64,000 bases of DNA from Octopus vulgaris (lineage: Eukaryota). The stretch covers positions 79,236,001-79,300,000 of the forward strand of contig OX597826.1 in NCBI GenBank assembly GCA_951406725.2, in the 5' to 3' direction. Position 1 is the stretch's first letter, and each line of letters begins with the position of its first letter. Shown piece by piece: positions 25,059 through 33,454 of this stretch. The notes below the pieces were generated by a model. That model worked only from the letters and a program-made list of their open reading frames with translations. It was not told the origin of the DNA and did not search any database. The position numbers were made by a program, and so were the translations under genes.

Positions 25059-26298
25059 CATCCATGCACATACACATACACATATTTACAACAGATTTCT
25101 TTCAATTTTTGTCCACCAAATCCACTCACAAGGCTTTGGTCAGCTTGAGGCTATTGTAGAAAACACTTGCCCAAGGTGCCACTTAGTGGGACCGAATCCA
25201 AAACCATTTGATTAGAAAGCGATCTCAACCACACAGCCTGCCTGACACCACAGTAATAACATGGAAAGCTAGACCCAGTAGAATTTGAACTCAAAACCTG
25301 GAAGGTTGAAACTAGGTACTGCCTGACACCACAGTAATAACATGGAAAGCCAGACCCAGTAGAATTTGAACTCAAAACCTGGAAGATTGAAACTAGGTAC
25401 TACCTGACACCACAGTAATAACATGGAAAGCCAGACCCAGTAGAATTTGAACTCAAAACCTGGAAGATTGAAACTAGGTACTACCTGACACCACAGTAAT
25501 AACATAGAAAGCCAGACCCAGTAGAATTTGAACTCAAAACCTGGAAGGTTGAAACTAAGAACTTATAAACTGTTCAGTTACTTTTATCATTTCTACCAAT
25601 TGACCTTTCCGAACCAGTTTTAATTACACTCCACTCCTATGTCTTCTGTAGACAATTACACAACTCGTTTATATTATTTCTTGTTTTAGCTGCCTGTTAT
25701 CGCTCTTGTTGGCAATGATGCTGGTTGGACCCAGATTTTAAGGGAACAAGTACCAATGTTTGGCAGCAGCGTCGCCTGCGATCTAAGTGTAAGGAATTAC
25801 TTGATTACTTTTTAATTTCTGGATTTCTGAGCTGATATTCTAAATTCATGTTTCTGTAACTATCTAATAATGGTTTAAGTTTTTTGGTAATTTGGTGGGA
25901 GGGGGTACTTATTTTATTGACCCCCAAAAGGACAAAAGGTAATGCTGACATCAGTGGAATGTGAACTCAGAACATAGAAAATTGGAAGAAATACTACTAA
26001 ACTCCTAACTCAGTGTGTTAGCAATTCAACCAGCACATGCTCAAATGGTGCTTTTTATGTGCCACCTGCCCTGTGGCCAGTCCAGTGGCACTGGCAATGA
26101 CTTCGCTTGAATGTTTTTTCACAGGTGCCAGTAAGGCGACGCTGGTAATGATCATGCTCAAATGGTGCTTTTTACATACCACCGGCATGGAAGCCAGTTA
26201 GCCGCTCTGGCAATGATCACGCTTGGATGGTGCTCTGAAGATATGAAGTAGAAACTGTAAAAGCAGAGGGAATGGTGGAAGAGAGAGGAAAACTGTTC

Positions 26299-26338
<40 letters not shown>

Positions 26339-27606
26339 CAACAAGGATATCCAAGGTAGAGTAGTACAATTGTTTCATGCTACTTCATTTTATTAAACAC
26401 TGGAAGTATTACATCAGTTTCAGCCACTTATAGAATTTTCCAATCAAACGGATAATGCACATTCTTATCCCTATTTCCGTTTGACTGGAAAATTCTATAA
26501 GTGGCTGAAACTGATGTAATACTTCCAGTGTTTAATAAAATGAAGTAGCATGAAACAATTGTACTACTCTACCTTGGATATCCTTGTTGCTTATTTTGAT
26601 TATAATCACCCCATTTTGAATTATATGGATAATACCATACAAAATTCTAGTGCCTTTAACTTAAGTACCATATTCATCTGAATCTATCTATATATATATA
26701 TATTTATTATATAGAAGGAGCTTCTACAGGACTAGAACTGTTTCATTCAAGAGAAATCTTCAGAAGATTTCTCTTGAATGAAACAGTTCTAGTCCTGTAG
26801 AAGCTCCTTCTATATAATAAATTAATTTTACTCTGCTATGTATTGAGTACCTTATTTACTGTGGTTAACCCCGAATCAACCCGGGACCTACATATATATA
26901 TATATTTGTGTGTGTATGTGGTCGTTGCCTACCGGTGCTTGACAACCACTGTTGGTTTGTTTACATCCCCTTAACTTATTCTATCAGTTTCAAACAAAGC
27001 TGATAGAATAAGTACCAGGCTAAAAAATTGTCAACTACTGGTGCTGATTTTTTCAACTAAACCCTTCGAGTTGGTGCCCCAGCATGGCCACGATCTAATG
27101 ACTGAAACAAGTAAAAGATAAAACCCAAAGTAAGAAGTAGTGGAGGTACCAACATTCAAGTGTTATTGTCCGGGCTGTGGAGTCGAAACAAAAAACTCTG
27201 ACTCCTTGACTATTGGCACCTCTGACTCTGACTCCTCTTTATGTAATTAAGTGATTGTGGTCTATTTTACCGACTCCGACTCCAGCTATCCCTTAATTGT
27301 TTCCGACTCTGACTCCCTTTGTATGTTTTAGACCAGATTTCAGTTCTACTTGTTTTTTTACCTAAATTTAATTTTTCTCTCTTTCTTTTATTCTTTTCTT
27401 GTTATTTTCTTCGTATCTAGTTCTCGTCCTACCATACTGTTGCCCAGGGTTTTGGCGGTAAAGGTTACCAACTGGACAGAAGCAACGAAGAACAGATGTC
27501 GACAATACTCAGACAATGCCAAAAGGATGCCAGGGAAGGTCACAGTGTTCTGATTAACGCTTTGATTGGTAAAACTAACTTCCGTGAAGGCAGCATATCT
27601 GTTTAA
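1871..27606 (+). CDS. ILVBL: ILVBL / HACL2 (acetolactate synthase-like, TPP-dependent 2-hydroxyacyl-CoA lyase 2), 16 coding exons, 625 aa
   Basis: Manually spliced exons 1871-1984, 6846-6899, 8750-8854, 9825-9903, 10615-10706, 12750-12888, 14749-14860, 16314-16414, 17222-17331, 18793-18916, 21063-21157, 22854-23008, 23573-23710, 24772-24946, 25690-25788, 27421-27606. All introns are GT-AG with consistent phases; total 1878 nt. Motifs: N-terminal hydrophobic anchor, [13 protein letters not shown] (catalytic Glu), TAGPG, GDG...GND TPP-binding motif, C-terminal FREGSISV. Confidence 0.95.
3839..4069. mobile_element. piggyBac-like MITE
   Basis: TTAA|CCCTTT ... AAAGGG|TTAA ends; second copy at 4324-4553; related-type elements at ~15042-15256 and ~16590-16810. 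Confidence 0.75.
4324..4553. mobile_element. piggyBac-like MITE, second copy, right end hit by a SINE
   Basis: Highly similar to 3839-4069; TTAACCCTTT start. Confidence 0.7.
4554..5143 (+). mobile_element. tRNA-derived SINE family B, head + 3 tandem bodies
   Basis: A-box-like GAGCTGGCAGAA, B-box GAGTTCAAATTCC, central GCCTTTCATCCTTTCGGGGTCGAT (Meta/MESC-like domain), 15-bp TSD GTATTGAAAGGGTAA (4539-4553/5144-5158). Other copies ~10783-11135, 17445-17828(-), 28495-28710(-), 34400-34678(-), 34860-35250, 41455-41890, 55596-55800. Confidence 0.85.
5290..5640 (+). mobile_element. Short retroposon family C with (GAT)n tail
   Basis: GGAAGGGCATCCAGCTGTAGAAA core and CCAACCCATGCCAGCATGGAAA...(GAT)n tail. 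Copies ~6121-6420(-), 15673-16178, 16905-17180, 17880-18135, 22024-22693, 32240-32725(-), 48280-48600, 49700-49990(-), 50813-51113, 53368-53585, 57743-58200(-), 59900-60115(-), 62325-62640(-). Confidence 0.8.
6846..6899 (+). CDS. ILVBL: ILVBL exon 2 ([18 protein letters not shown])
   Basis: ttccag| acceptor, |gtaagc donor; GGxLVAxxL motif typical of the ALS N-terminus. Confidence 0.9.
7088..7520 (-). mobile_element. SINE-like repeat with duplicated 3' segment
   Basis: 7088-7230 is repeated at 7240-7390; CORE-like TTCTTGAGCAAGACAC on the minus strand. Confidence 0.55.
8292..8561. mobile_element. hAT-type MITE nested in a SINE
   Basis: TIR CAG(A/G)GCTGTGGAGTC...GACTCCACATCCCTG, perfect 8-bp TSD CCACCACT; partial copy at ~27170-27320. 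Confidence 0.8.
8750..8854 (+). CDS. ILVBL: ILVBL exon 3 ([19 protein letters not shown]...DTRHE)
   Basis: AG/GT boundaries; conserved RHE motif. Confidence 0.95.
9825..9903 (+). CDS. ILVBL: ILVBL exon 4 ([26 protein letters not shown])
   Basis: AG/GT boundaries; conserved ALS-family motif. Confidence 0.95.
10095..10575 (+). pseudogene. Degenerate mariner transposase fragment
   Basis: Frameshifted remnants [22 protein letters not shown] and [18 protein letters not shown] (cf. the mariner YSPDLAPxDxxLF motif). Confidence 0.75.
10615..10706 (+). CDS. ILVBL: ILVBL exon 5 ([31 protein letters not shown])
   Basis: AG/GT boundaries, in frame. Confidence 0.95.
11234..11539 (-). mobile_element. 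tRNA-derived SINE family D
   Basis: Head GGAGGCGCAATGGCCCAGTGGTTAGGGCAGCGGAC...GGTTTCGATTCCC. Copies ~13575-13816(-), 30540-30862(-), 45460-45809(-), 56433-56780(+). Confidence 0.85.
11585..12000 (+). mobile_element. 5'-truncated Penelope-like element (GIY-YIG C-terminal remnant + 3' region with hammerhead-like motif)
   Basis: Reading [23 protein letters not shown] (ExxxIxxxxPxLN, GIY-YIG C-terminus); HHR-like motif at 11841-11886; microsatellite flanks. Confidence 0.65.
11841..11886 (+). ncRNA. Degenerate minimal type-I hammerhead ribozyme motif
   Basis: stem I TTCAAAGCA / TGCTTTTGAA; core ATGATTA (consensus CTGANGA); stem II GTAAATTTAC; GAAA-CCGG-TA palindromic stem III. Confidence 0.6.
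12138..12179 (+). ncRNA. Minimal hammerhead-like motif (PLE type)
   Basis: CTTT-CTGTAGA-A-GAGC(ATAG)GCTC-GAAA-CG-TA-AAAG. Confidence 0.6.
12750..12888 (+). CDS. ILVBL: ILVBL exon 6 ([10 protein letters not shown]...AQSGTP)
   Basis: AG/GT boundaries, in frame. Confidence 0.95.
12997..13495. mobile_element. hAT (Charlie/MER5-like) MITE with ~200-bp nested insert (13087-13292)
   Basis: CAGGGGTTCCTAACC...GGTTGAGATCCATTG termini; 8-bp TSD CGTTAGAC/CATTAGAC. Confidence 0.7.
14749..14860 (+). CDS. ILVBL: ILVBL exon 7 ([14 protein letters not shown]...KIVNW)
   Basis: AG/GT boundaries; GPVxxExPxD motif. Confidence 0.95.
16314..16414 (+). CDS. ILVBL: ILVBL exon 8 ([14 protein letters not shown]...PSNSQ)
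   Basis: AG/GT boundaries, phases match neighbouring exons. Confidence 0.9.
17222..17331 (+). CDS. ILVBL: ILVBL exon 9 ([21 protein letters not shown]...QSLE)
   Basis: AG/GT boundaries; AKKP central-domain motif. Confidence 0.93.
18793..18916 (+). CDS. ILVBL: ILVBL exon 10 ([17 protein letters not shown]...EADLIILA)
   Basis: AG/GT boundaries, in frame. Confidence 0.95.
19090..20040 (-). mobile_element. Degenerate LINE (probably RTE-clade) fragments
   Basis: Minus-strand remnant [20 protein letters not shown] resembling RT GSxLSPxLFxxV; similar relic at ~44000-44430. Confidence 0.4.
20675..20884. mobile_element. Tc1/pogo (Tigger-like) MITE
   Basis: TA|CAGTAATCCCTCG ... TGAAGGATCACTG|TA. 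Confidence 0.7.
21063..21157 (+). CDS. ILVBL: ILVBL exon 11 ([12 protein letters not shown]...QLHK)
   Basis: AG/GT boundaries, in frame. Confidence 0.95.
21560..21920. repeat. ~27-bp minisatellite expanded from the internal unit of family C
   Basis: About 13 units of TTTTACATGGCACCA(C/G)CATGG(C/G)TGC. Confidence 0.8.
22854..23008 (+). CDS. ILVBL: ILVBL exon 12 ([15 protein letters not shown]...ENAN)
   Basis: AG/GT boundaries, in frame. Confidence 0.93.
23573..23710 (+). CDS. ILVBL: ILVBL exon 13 ([14 protein letters not shown]...[14 protein letters not shown])
   Basis: AG/GT boundaries; DGGDFV motif. Confidence 0.95.
23724..24025 (-). mobile_element. tRNA-headed short element with a hammerhead-containing tail
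   Basis: Minus strand: GGGCATATGGCATAGTGGTTAAG (A box), GGG-CTACTAA-CCC anticodon arm, GAGTTCGATTCC (B box), triplet microsatellite, then a tail with GACAC-CTGATGA-A-GGCTG..CAGCC-GAAA; tail copy at 39311-39483. Confidence 0.7.
24154..24364. mobile_element. MITE with ~38-bp TIRs
   Basis: CCTGGTTTAGGACTAATGTTGCTGTAATTTAGCCCCAG ... CTGGGGCTAAATTACAGCAACATTCGTCCTAAACCAGG. Confidence 0.75.
24772..24946 (+). CDS. ILVBL: ILVBL exon 14 ([21 protein letters not shown]...GDGS...TRHK)
   Basis: AG/GT boundaries; TPP-binding GDG motif. Confidence 0.96.
25240..25563. repeat. 81-bp tandem repeat x4
   Basis: Near-identical units start at 25240, 25321, 25402, 25483. Confidence 0.9.
25690..25788 (+). CDS. 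ILVBL: ILVBL exon 15 ([20 protein letters not shown]...CDLS)
   Basis: AG/GT boundaries; GND closes the TPP motif. Confidence 0.95.
26334..26594. repeat. Long inverted repeat, 119-bp arms, 23-nt loop
   Basis: 26334-26452 is the reverse complement of 26476-26594 with one mismatch. Confidence 0.9.
26702..26822. repeat. Perfect palindrome, 60-bp arms, 1-nt centre
   Basis: 26702-26761 is the exact reverse complement of 26763-26822. Confidence 0.92.
27421..27606 (+). CDS. ILVBL: ILVBL exon 16, terminal ([13 protein letters not shown]...FREGSISV*)
   Basis: Pyrimidine tract + AG at 27419-20, TAA at 27604-06. Confidence 0.94.
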   Translation, partial: FSSYHTVAQGFGGKGYQLDRSNEEQMSTILRQCQKDAREGHSVLINALIGKTNFREGSISV

Positions 27607-27680
27607 CAACTGCAGCAGCAACAACACTTGGAACAACAACAACCATAATAATAATAATAATAATAATAAATGATAATGAT

Positions 27681-27790
27681 AATAAACAATAACAGTACAA
27701 TGCAATTTGTAGGAAAAGCACTTTGTTTATTGAATTAAACAAATTGAACAATATTTTGAGATTGTTCTCAAGTTCAAAATGTAAAATAAA
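27681..27790 (+). terminator. Candidate polyadenylation signals of ILVBL
   Basis: AATAAA at 27681 and 27785 downstream of the stop; the latter is followed by U-rich sequence. Confidence 0.4.
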
Positions 27791-29038
27791 AAGAATATAT
27801 TGTTATATTTCTCAATGGTCTTTTTTTTTTCCTTTGTTAAATAAACACAAGCTGTAAATATTCTTCACTTCAGATTTGGTATTGTTCTTTGTCTGATGTT
27901 TACAGGATGTGTGATGAAAGATTTTTCAGACAAAAGACAATAAAATAAAAACAATGAAAAAAACTGAAGTGAAGAACAAGTACATAGTGTGTGTTTGTTT
28001 GTTTGTGTTTGTTTGTTTGACAAAAGCAAAACAAACTCGACCATCTTGAAATATAACAATATCTGTTTCAGCAAAAAAACATATACATTCTAGAAAAGGA
28101 CTCAAAAATAGGGAAATTCTAAAATGAACAGGAATATCCTGTATCCTTTTTTTTTTTTAGAGAAAATGCTGTCCTCAGTTTTGGGTTTTTCCTGACTGGT
28201 AACAAGGAAAAAGGAAAAACCCGATGACATCATTATGTTTAAAAAGAAACACAGGACATTCCCGTTCATATTTTGGATTTCTGTGGTTTTATTGTTTTTT
28301 TTTTCATCTTACATTTTGAACTCAAAGAAGACACAATCTGTTGAAATATTATTCAAGTCATCCACTTCAAGGAACAGAGTCATCCTCTTTGTTGCAAATT
28401 GCGTCGCACCTCTTCTTATTGTTTAATTTACCTCTGTGAAGAGTTACGTCAATCTTCGTAAATTAATAATAATAATAATAATAATAACGGTGATTTCAAA
28501 TTTTGTTTGGCACAAGGCCAGCAATTTCAGGGGAGGGGATAAGTTAATTACATCGACCCTGGTGTACAGCTGGTATTTATTTTATCGCCTCCAAGGGGAT
28601 GAAGGGCAAAGTCGATCTTGGTGGAATTTGAACACAGAATGTAGTGACGGGTGAAATACCACTAAGCATTTCATTCGGCATGCTAACGATTCTGCCAGCT
28701 CATCACCTTTATGATAATAATAAATAATAATTAATAATAATAATATCAACAGAAACATGAACAAGCAGAAAATTGACGTAACTCTGTAAGATGGAAGTGA
28801 GAGGTATATCGTTATTGCCAGAGGAGTACTGGAAGCAGCACACAGACACACACACACACACACACACAGACACACACACATACACACACACACACACACA
28901 CAAGTACATACAAAACTGAAACATCACCTCAAGAAGCTGAAAGGCATTGAATTGAGGCTTTTCTCTCAGAGTTGCAGAAAATTGTCATTTTCTAATTAGA
29001 GAGTTGAAGATAGTTGCGAAACAGGTTTAAAAGAATTA

Positions 29039-29590
29039 CCCTATTTTAACGTGTATAAGGAACCCTTTTTTTTGTCAAAAATTAGGTTAAAAAATATGGG
29101 AGTTTCTTATAATGGATACTCTTTTACTTGTTTCAGTCATTTGATTGCAGCCATGCTGGAGCACCGCCTTTAATCGAGCAACTCGACCCCGGGGACTTAT
29201 TCTTTTGTAAGCCCAGTACTTATTCTATCGGTCTCTTTTGTCGAACTGCTAAGTAACGGGGACGTAAACACACCAGCATTGGTTGTCAAGCAATGCTAGG
29301 GGAACAAACACAGACACACAAACATACATGCACACACATATATATATACATATATACGACAGGCTTCTTTCAGTTTCCGTCTACCAAATCCAATCACAAG
29401 GCATTGGTCAGCCCAGGGCTATAGCAGAAGACACTTGCCCAAGGTGCCACGCAGTGGGACTGAACCCGGAACCATGTGGTTGGTTAGCAAGCTACTTACC
29501 ACACAGCCACTCCTGCACCTATAGTATTATAATCCCTTAAAAAACCGTTTTTTCCAAATTAGGGGGTTTCTTATACATGTTAAAATACAA
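29039..29590. mobile_element. Tc1/pogo-like MITE interrupted by a family A SINE (29119-29519, minus)
   Basis: TIR-like TATTTTAACGTGTATAAGGAACCC / GGGTTTCTTATACATGTTAAAATA, TA flanks. Confidence 0.6.
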
Positions 29591-31354
29591 TAAATGTCTA
29601 AATATATGAGATGAGTTGCTGTTCATAAGATTGTTTCCAGACTTTTTATTCCTCATCCACATTAGAGATGGAAATATTTTAGCATTTTTTGTTTGTTAAA
29701 GATGAGGTTAATAGCCCCAAAATTTGTGACTTTAAAAAGCATTAAGGAAAATTCATTAGCAATTATGATGATAGTAATTGAAATAATAATTATAATCTAC
29801 TTAATCTTCTTCAAGTAAAGTTGTGTCTGTTCTCAAGACATAAATAAATATTTGAGAAGGATATGAATTTACAATCATTGCCACCTACCTACATACATTT
29901 ATACATACATGAGTGTATATATATGTGTGTATCTGTGTGTTTCTATAAGGATAATAATGGTAGTGGTGTTAATTATGATAAAGAGTAGATATGAACCAAG
30001 AAAAAGAAATTAAATAAGCAGCCTTTTTATATTTATGATGGACTGTTTTTATAAAATACACACACATACATGCACATGCACACGCACACACCTTGTTGCT
30101 ATGTCTGTCAGATCTACTGAAAATTTATTGAACAAGTTTTCATTTCCATACAAATTCCATTTCTATTTCTATAATAAAACAATTAAATCTTGTCAAAAGT
30201 GTTTTCTTGGTCAATTGTTCTCGTACAAACCTTTGTGAGTTTCTCAACTTCTTCAGAAAGTTTATGCAAATTCATGTCAAGCTGTTTGATTTTGTGACAG
30301 CACTGGGAGCCGTTGTCTTCTTGTAGCATGTCAGGATGGGTTTGGAACCCATCGTCTTCCAGGCTATGAGATTCTTAATATTTCACCAGGCATAGATTTG
30401 TTACTGGACTGGCAGGTGACATGAATTGTCTCCCCTAACTAACTACAAGGTGTTTTGCTGTTTCTCAGTGGAATTGTGGTAAGCATAATAATGATGATGG
30501 TGGTGGTGGTGGTGGTGGTGGTAGTGATGGTGGCTGTGGTGGAGGTACGACAGTGTCATCGCTTGTTCCTGCTCGAGCCATGCCTGGCTCATAAGGGCTG
30601 GTTTCCCAGTTTCCTTGGTGTATAGGTACAACACCTGAACGGGACACCAATCTGTCGCAGGTGAGCTGCAAGATGCAGGAGGAAAGAGTGAGAGAAAGTT
30701 GTGGCGAAAGAGTCAGCAGAAGTCTCGCCATTACCTTCTGCCGGAGCCGTGTGGAGCAGAGGTATTTCGCTCATAAACACACACATCGCCCTGGTCTGAG
30801 ATTCGAGCCCACAATCCCTCGATTGCAAGTCCGCTGCTCTAACCACTAGGCCATGTGCCTCCAGAACAGTGTCATTGCTGCCATCATCATTAGTTTTGAG
30901 GGGATGATCATAGTTGGAATGCCTTTCATCAAAAGTCTCCTGGATGAAGGCTGACCAGGGACTAAACAACAACAGCAATAAACAAAATAAATGATGTCAG
31001 TTTGTTTATTGTGACATTTAAACTTCCTCGTTCGACTTCATTCTTTTCCTTGTCTTTTAAACATTTCCTTTTATCTCCACTTTTTCTACCCAAGTCCTCT
31101 TCTCTTTTTCTTTCATCCTCTCTTGTTTTCTCTTTCTCTACACCAACATTATTAGGGTGAGAGCCTTATCTCCCTGAGACCACACCCTTGCTCCCTTGAA
31201 GAAAAAAGGGAAAGGACATCACAATATCCCTACTTCTGTCTGTGTGTCATATTATAATGATTCTTAAACTGACAAAGACCAGCCCCGTCTCTTCCTCCCC
31301 TCCCCCCACCAAATATTAGTGAAATGTTTTTGCTGGCCCCTTTTTATTAATGTT

Positions 31355-31745
31355 ATCGTGGTAAGTAGCTTGCTTACCAGCCACATGGTTCCGGGTTCAG
31401 TCCCACTGCGTGGCATCTTGGGCAAGTGTCTTCTGCTATAGCCCCGGGCCGACCAATGCCTTGTGAGTGGATTCGGTAGACGGAAACTGAAAGAAGCCTG
31501 TCGTACATATGTATATATATATATATGTGTGTGTTTGTGTGTCTGTGTTTGTCCCCCTAGCATTGCTTGACAACCGATACTGGTGTGTTTACGTCCCCGT
31601 CACTTAGCAGTTCGGCAAAAGAGACCGATAGAATAAGTACTGGGCTTACAAAAGAATAAGTCCCGGGGTCGATTTGCTCGACTAAAAGGCGGTGCTCCAG
31701 CATGGCCGCAGTCAAATGACTGAAACAAGTAAAAGAGAGTAAAAG
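31355..31745 (+). mobile_element. tRNA-derived SINE family A (CORE-like, internal TA/TG microsatellite)
   Basis: GGTTCCGGGTTCAGTCCC B box, CTTGGGCAAGT core, tail GAAACAAGTAAAAGA. Copies ~2905-3237, 8100-8700, 25085-25238(-), 37124-37518, 46760-47085(-), 50403-50793, 55425-56025, 58738-59110(-), 59195-59620, 61510-61905. Confidence 0.85.
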
Positions 31746-33423
31746 AGAATGTGGGGACAGTTTATAGTTGGCATCAACATTATTCTTCATTCTTCACTCT
31801 TTGTTAAATCATACAACGTTTGTGTCTTACAAAAATCCACAACCCTTCCATTGTCCAACATGCTACCGACATCACTCCATAACATCCTATTACAGTTCTC
31901 AGTGTGTGTGTGTGTGTAATTATATCTAGCTGCCAAGCACTAGCATAGCTCGAGTGTGTGTGCCACCCAGAGTGGCCCTTCCGTTTCCCGCTGCCGGACC
32001 CCACAAAAAAATACATATTGCCTGCAGCAGACCCAAAAGTGCCACCTGGGGTAGACTGCCCCTACAGCCAGCTACACTGTATCCATGCTTCCTGAAACTC
32101 AACACTACACCTGATATCCACCCCCTCCATATGCATGCACACCTGTATATCATGACTCATGCCCCGTTCATTTTCCTGACTCTTGTACCTGCATCTTTGG
32201 TGAGTTGTTCTGCACCTGAGCACTATACACAATAATTTCATTCATCATCCTCATCATTGTTTAATGTCCGCTTTCCATGCTGGCATGGGTTAGACGATTT
32301 GACTGAGGACTGGTGAACCAGATGGCTGCACCAGACTCCAATCTGATCTGGCAGAGTTTCTACAGCTGGATGCCCTTCCTAACGCCAACCACTCCAAGAG
32401 TGTAGTGGGTGCTTTTATGTGCCACTGGCACGAGGGCCAGTCAGGCGGTACTGGCAACGGCCACGCTCAAATGGTGCTTTTTATGTGCCACCTGCACAGG
32501 AGCCATTCCAGCGGCACTGGCAACGACCTCGCTCGAATGTTTTTTCATGTGCTACCGGCACAAGTGCCAATAAGGCGATGCTGGTAATGATCACCCTCGA
32601 ATGGTGCTTTTTATGTGCCACCGGCACAGAAGCCAGTCAGCTGCTCTGGCAACGATCACACTCGGATGGTGCTCTTAGTGCTCCACTAGCATGGATGCCA
32701 GTCATCGAATTTGATTTCGATTTCAATTATTATTGATGATTCGTCAGCATTTCTTTTTCGTTACTTTTCTCTTATATATCTGACTGTTTGCCACCTGGTC
32801 TTACACCTGTCGCAACTTCCTTTTCCCCCTCCCTCTCTCTTCCTCACCTGTCATTTGCCATCTTCTCTACCTTCATAGTGGTTTCAAATTTTAGTGCGAG
32901 GCCAGCAATTTCGGAGGATGGGGCAAGTCGATTACAATGACCCCCCTAGTACTCAACTGCTACTTATTTTATCGACCCCCAAAAGAATGAAAGGCAAAGT
33001 CAACCTCAGCAGGATTTGAACTCAGAACATAAAGAAGGAACAATCATATCTGTTACAACATAAATGTTGACTTAAATAGAATAAAGTTATTGTTTAGTAG
33101 GACTGCTTTGAAGTAAACACAATCTCGAATCAGGTCAAGTATGTTTTGGTCATATTTCACCTGTAAAAAGCCCCCACCCCACCCCCACCTTGCAGTTTGC
33201 TGTAGAGAAAATTGTTGCTTTAGGTGGCAGGTGTTAAAACACCACATTCATTTCTAAATGTTGCCTGTAAACTGGTTTATGCATTTTTCCTATTGTTAGC
33301 ACTTGCATACCAAATAAGATAGACCCAATTTTATTATCACTACCTTTATTAATGCAGTTCAACAGCTGAATGTGAGCCACCACCACCACCACCACCACTC
33401 AATTTTTAAGGTTTATTTGCAGC

Positions 33424-33454
<31 letters not shown>

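Noticed and set aside
25240-25563. CRISPR-like array
   Set aside because: Units are identical end to end with no spacers; no cas genes; eukaryotic context
1871-27606. Horizontally acquired bacterial acetolactate synthase (ilvB)
   Set aside because: 15 spliceosomal introns, an N-terminal anchor and an ILVBL-type C-terminus indicate the ordinary animal ILVBL/HACL2 gene
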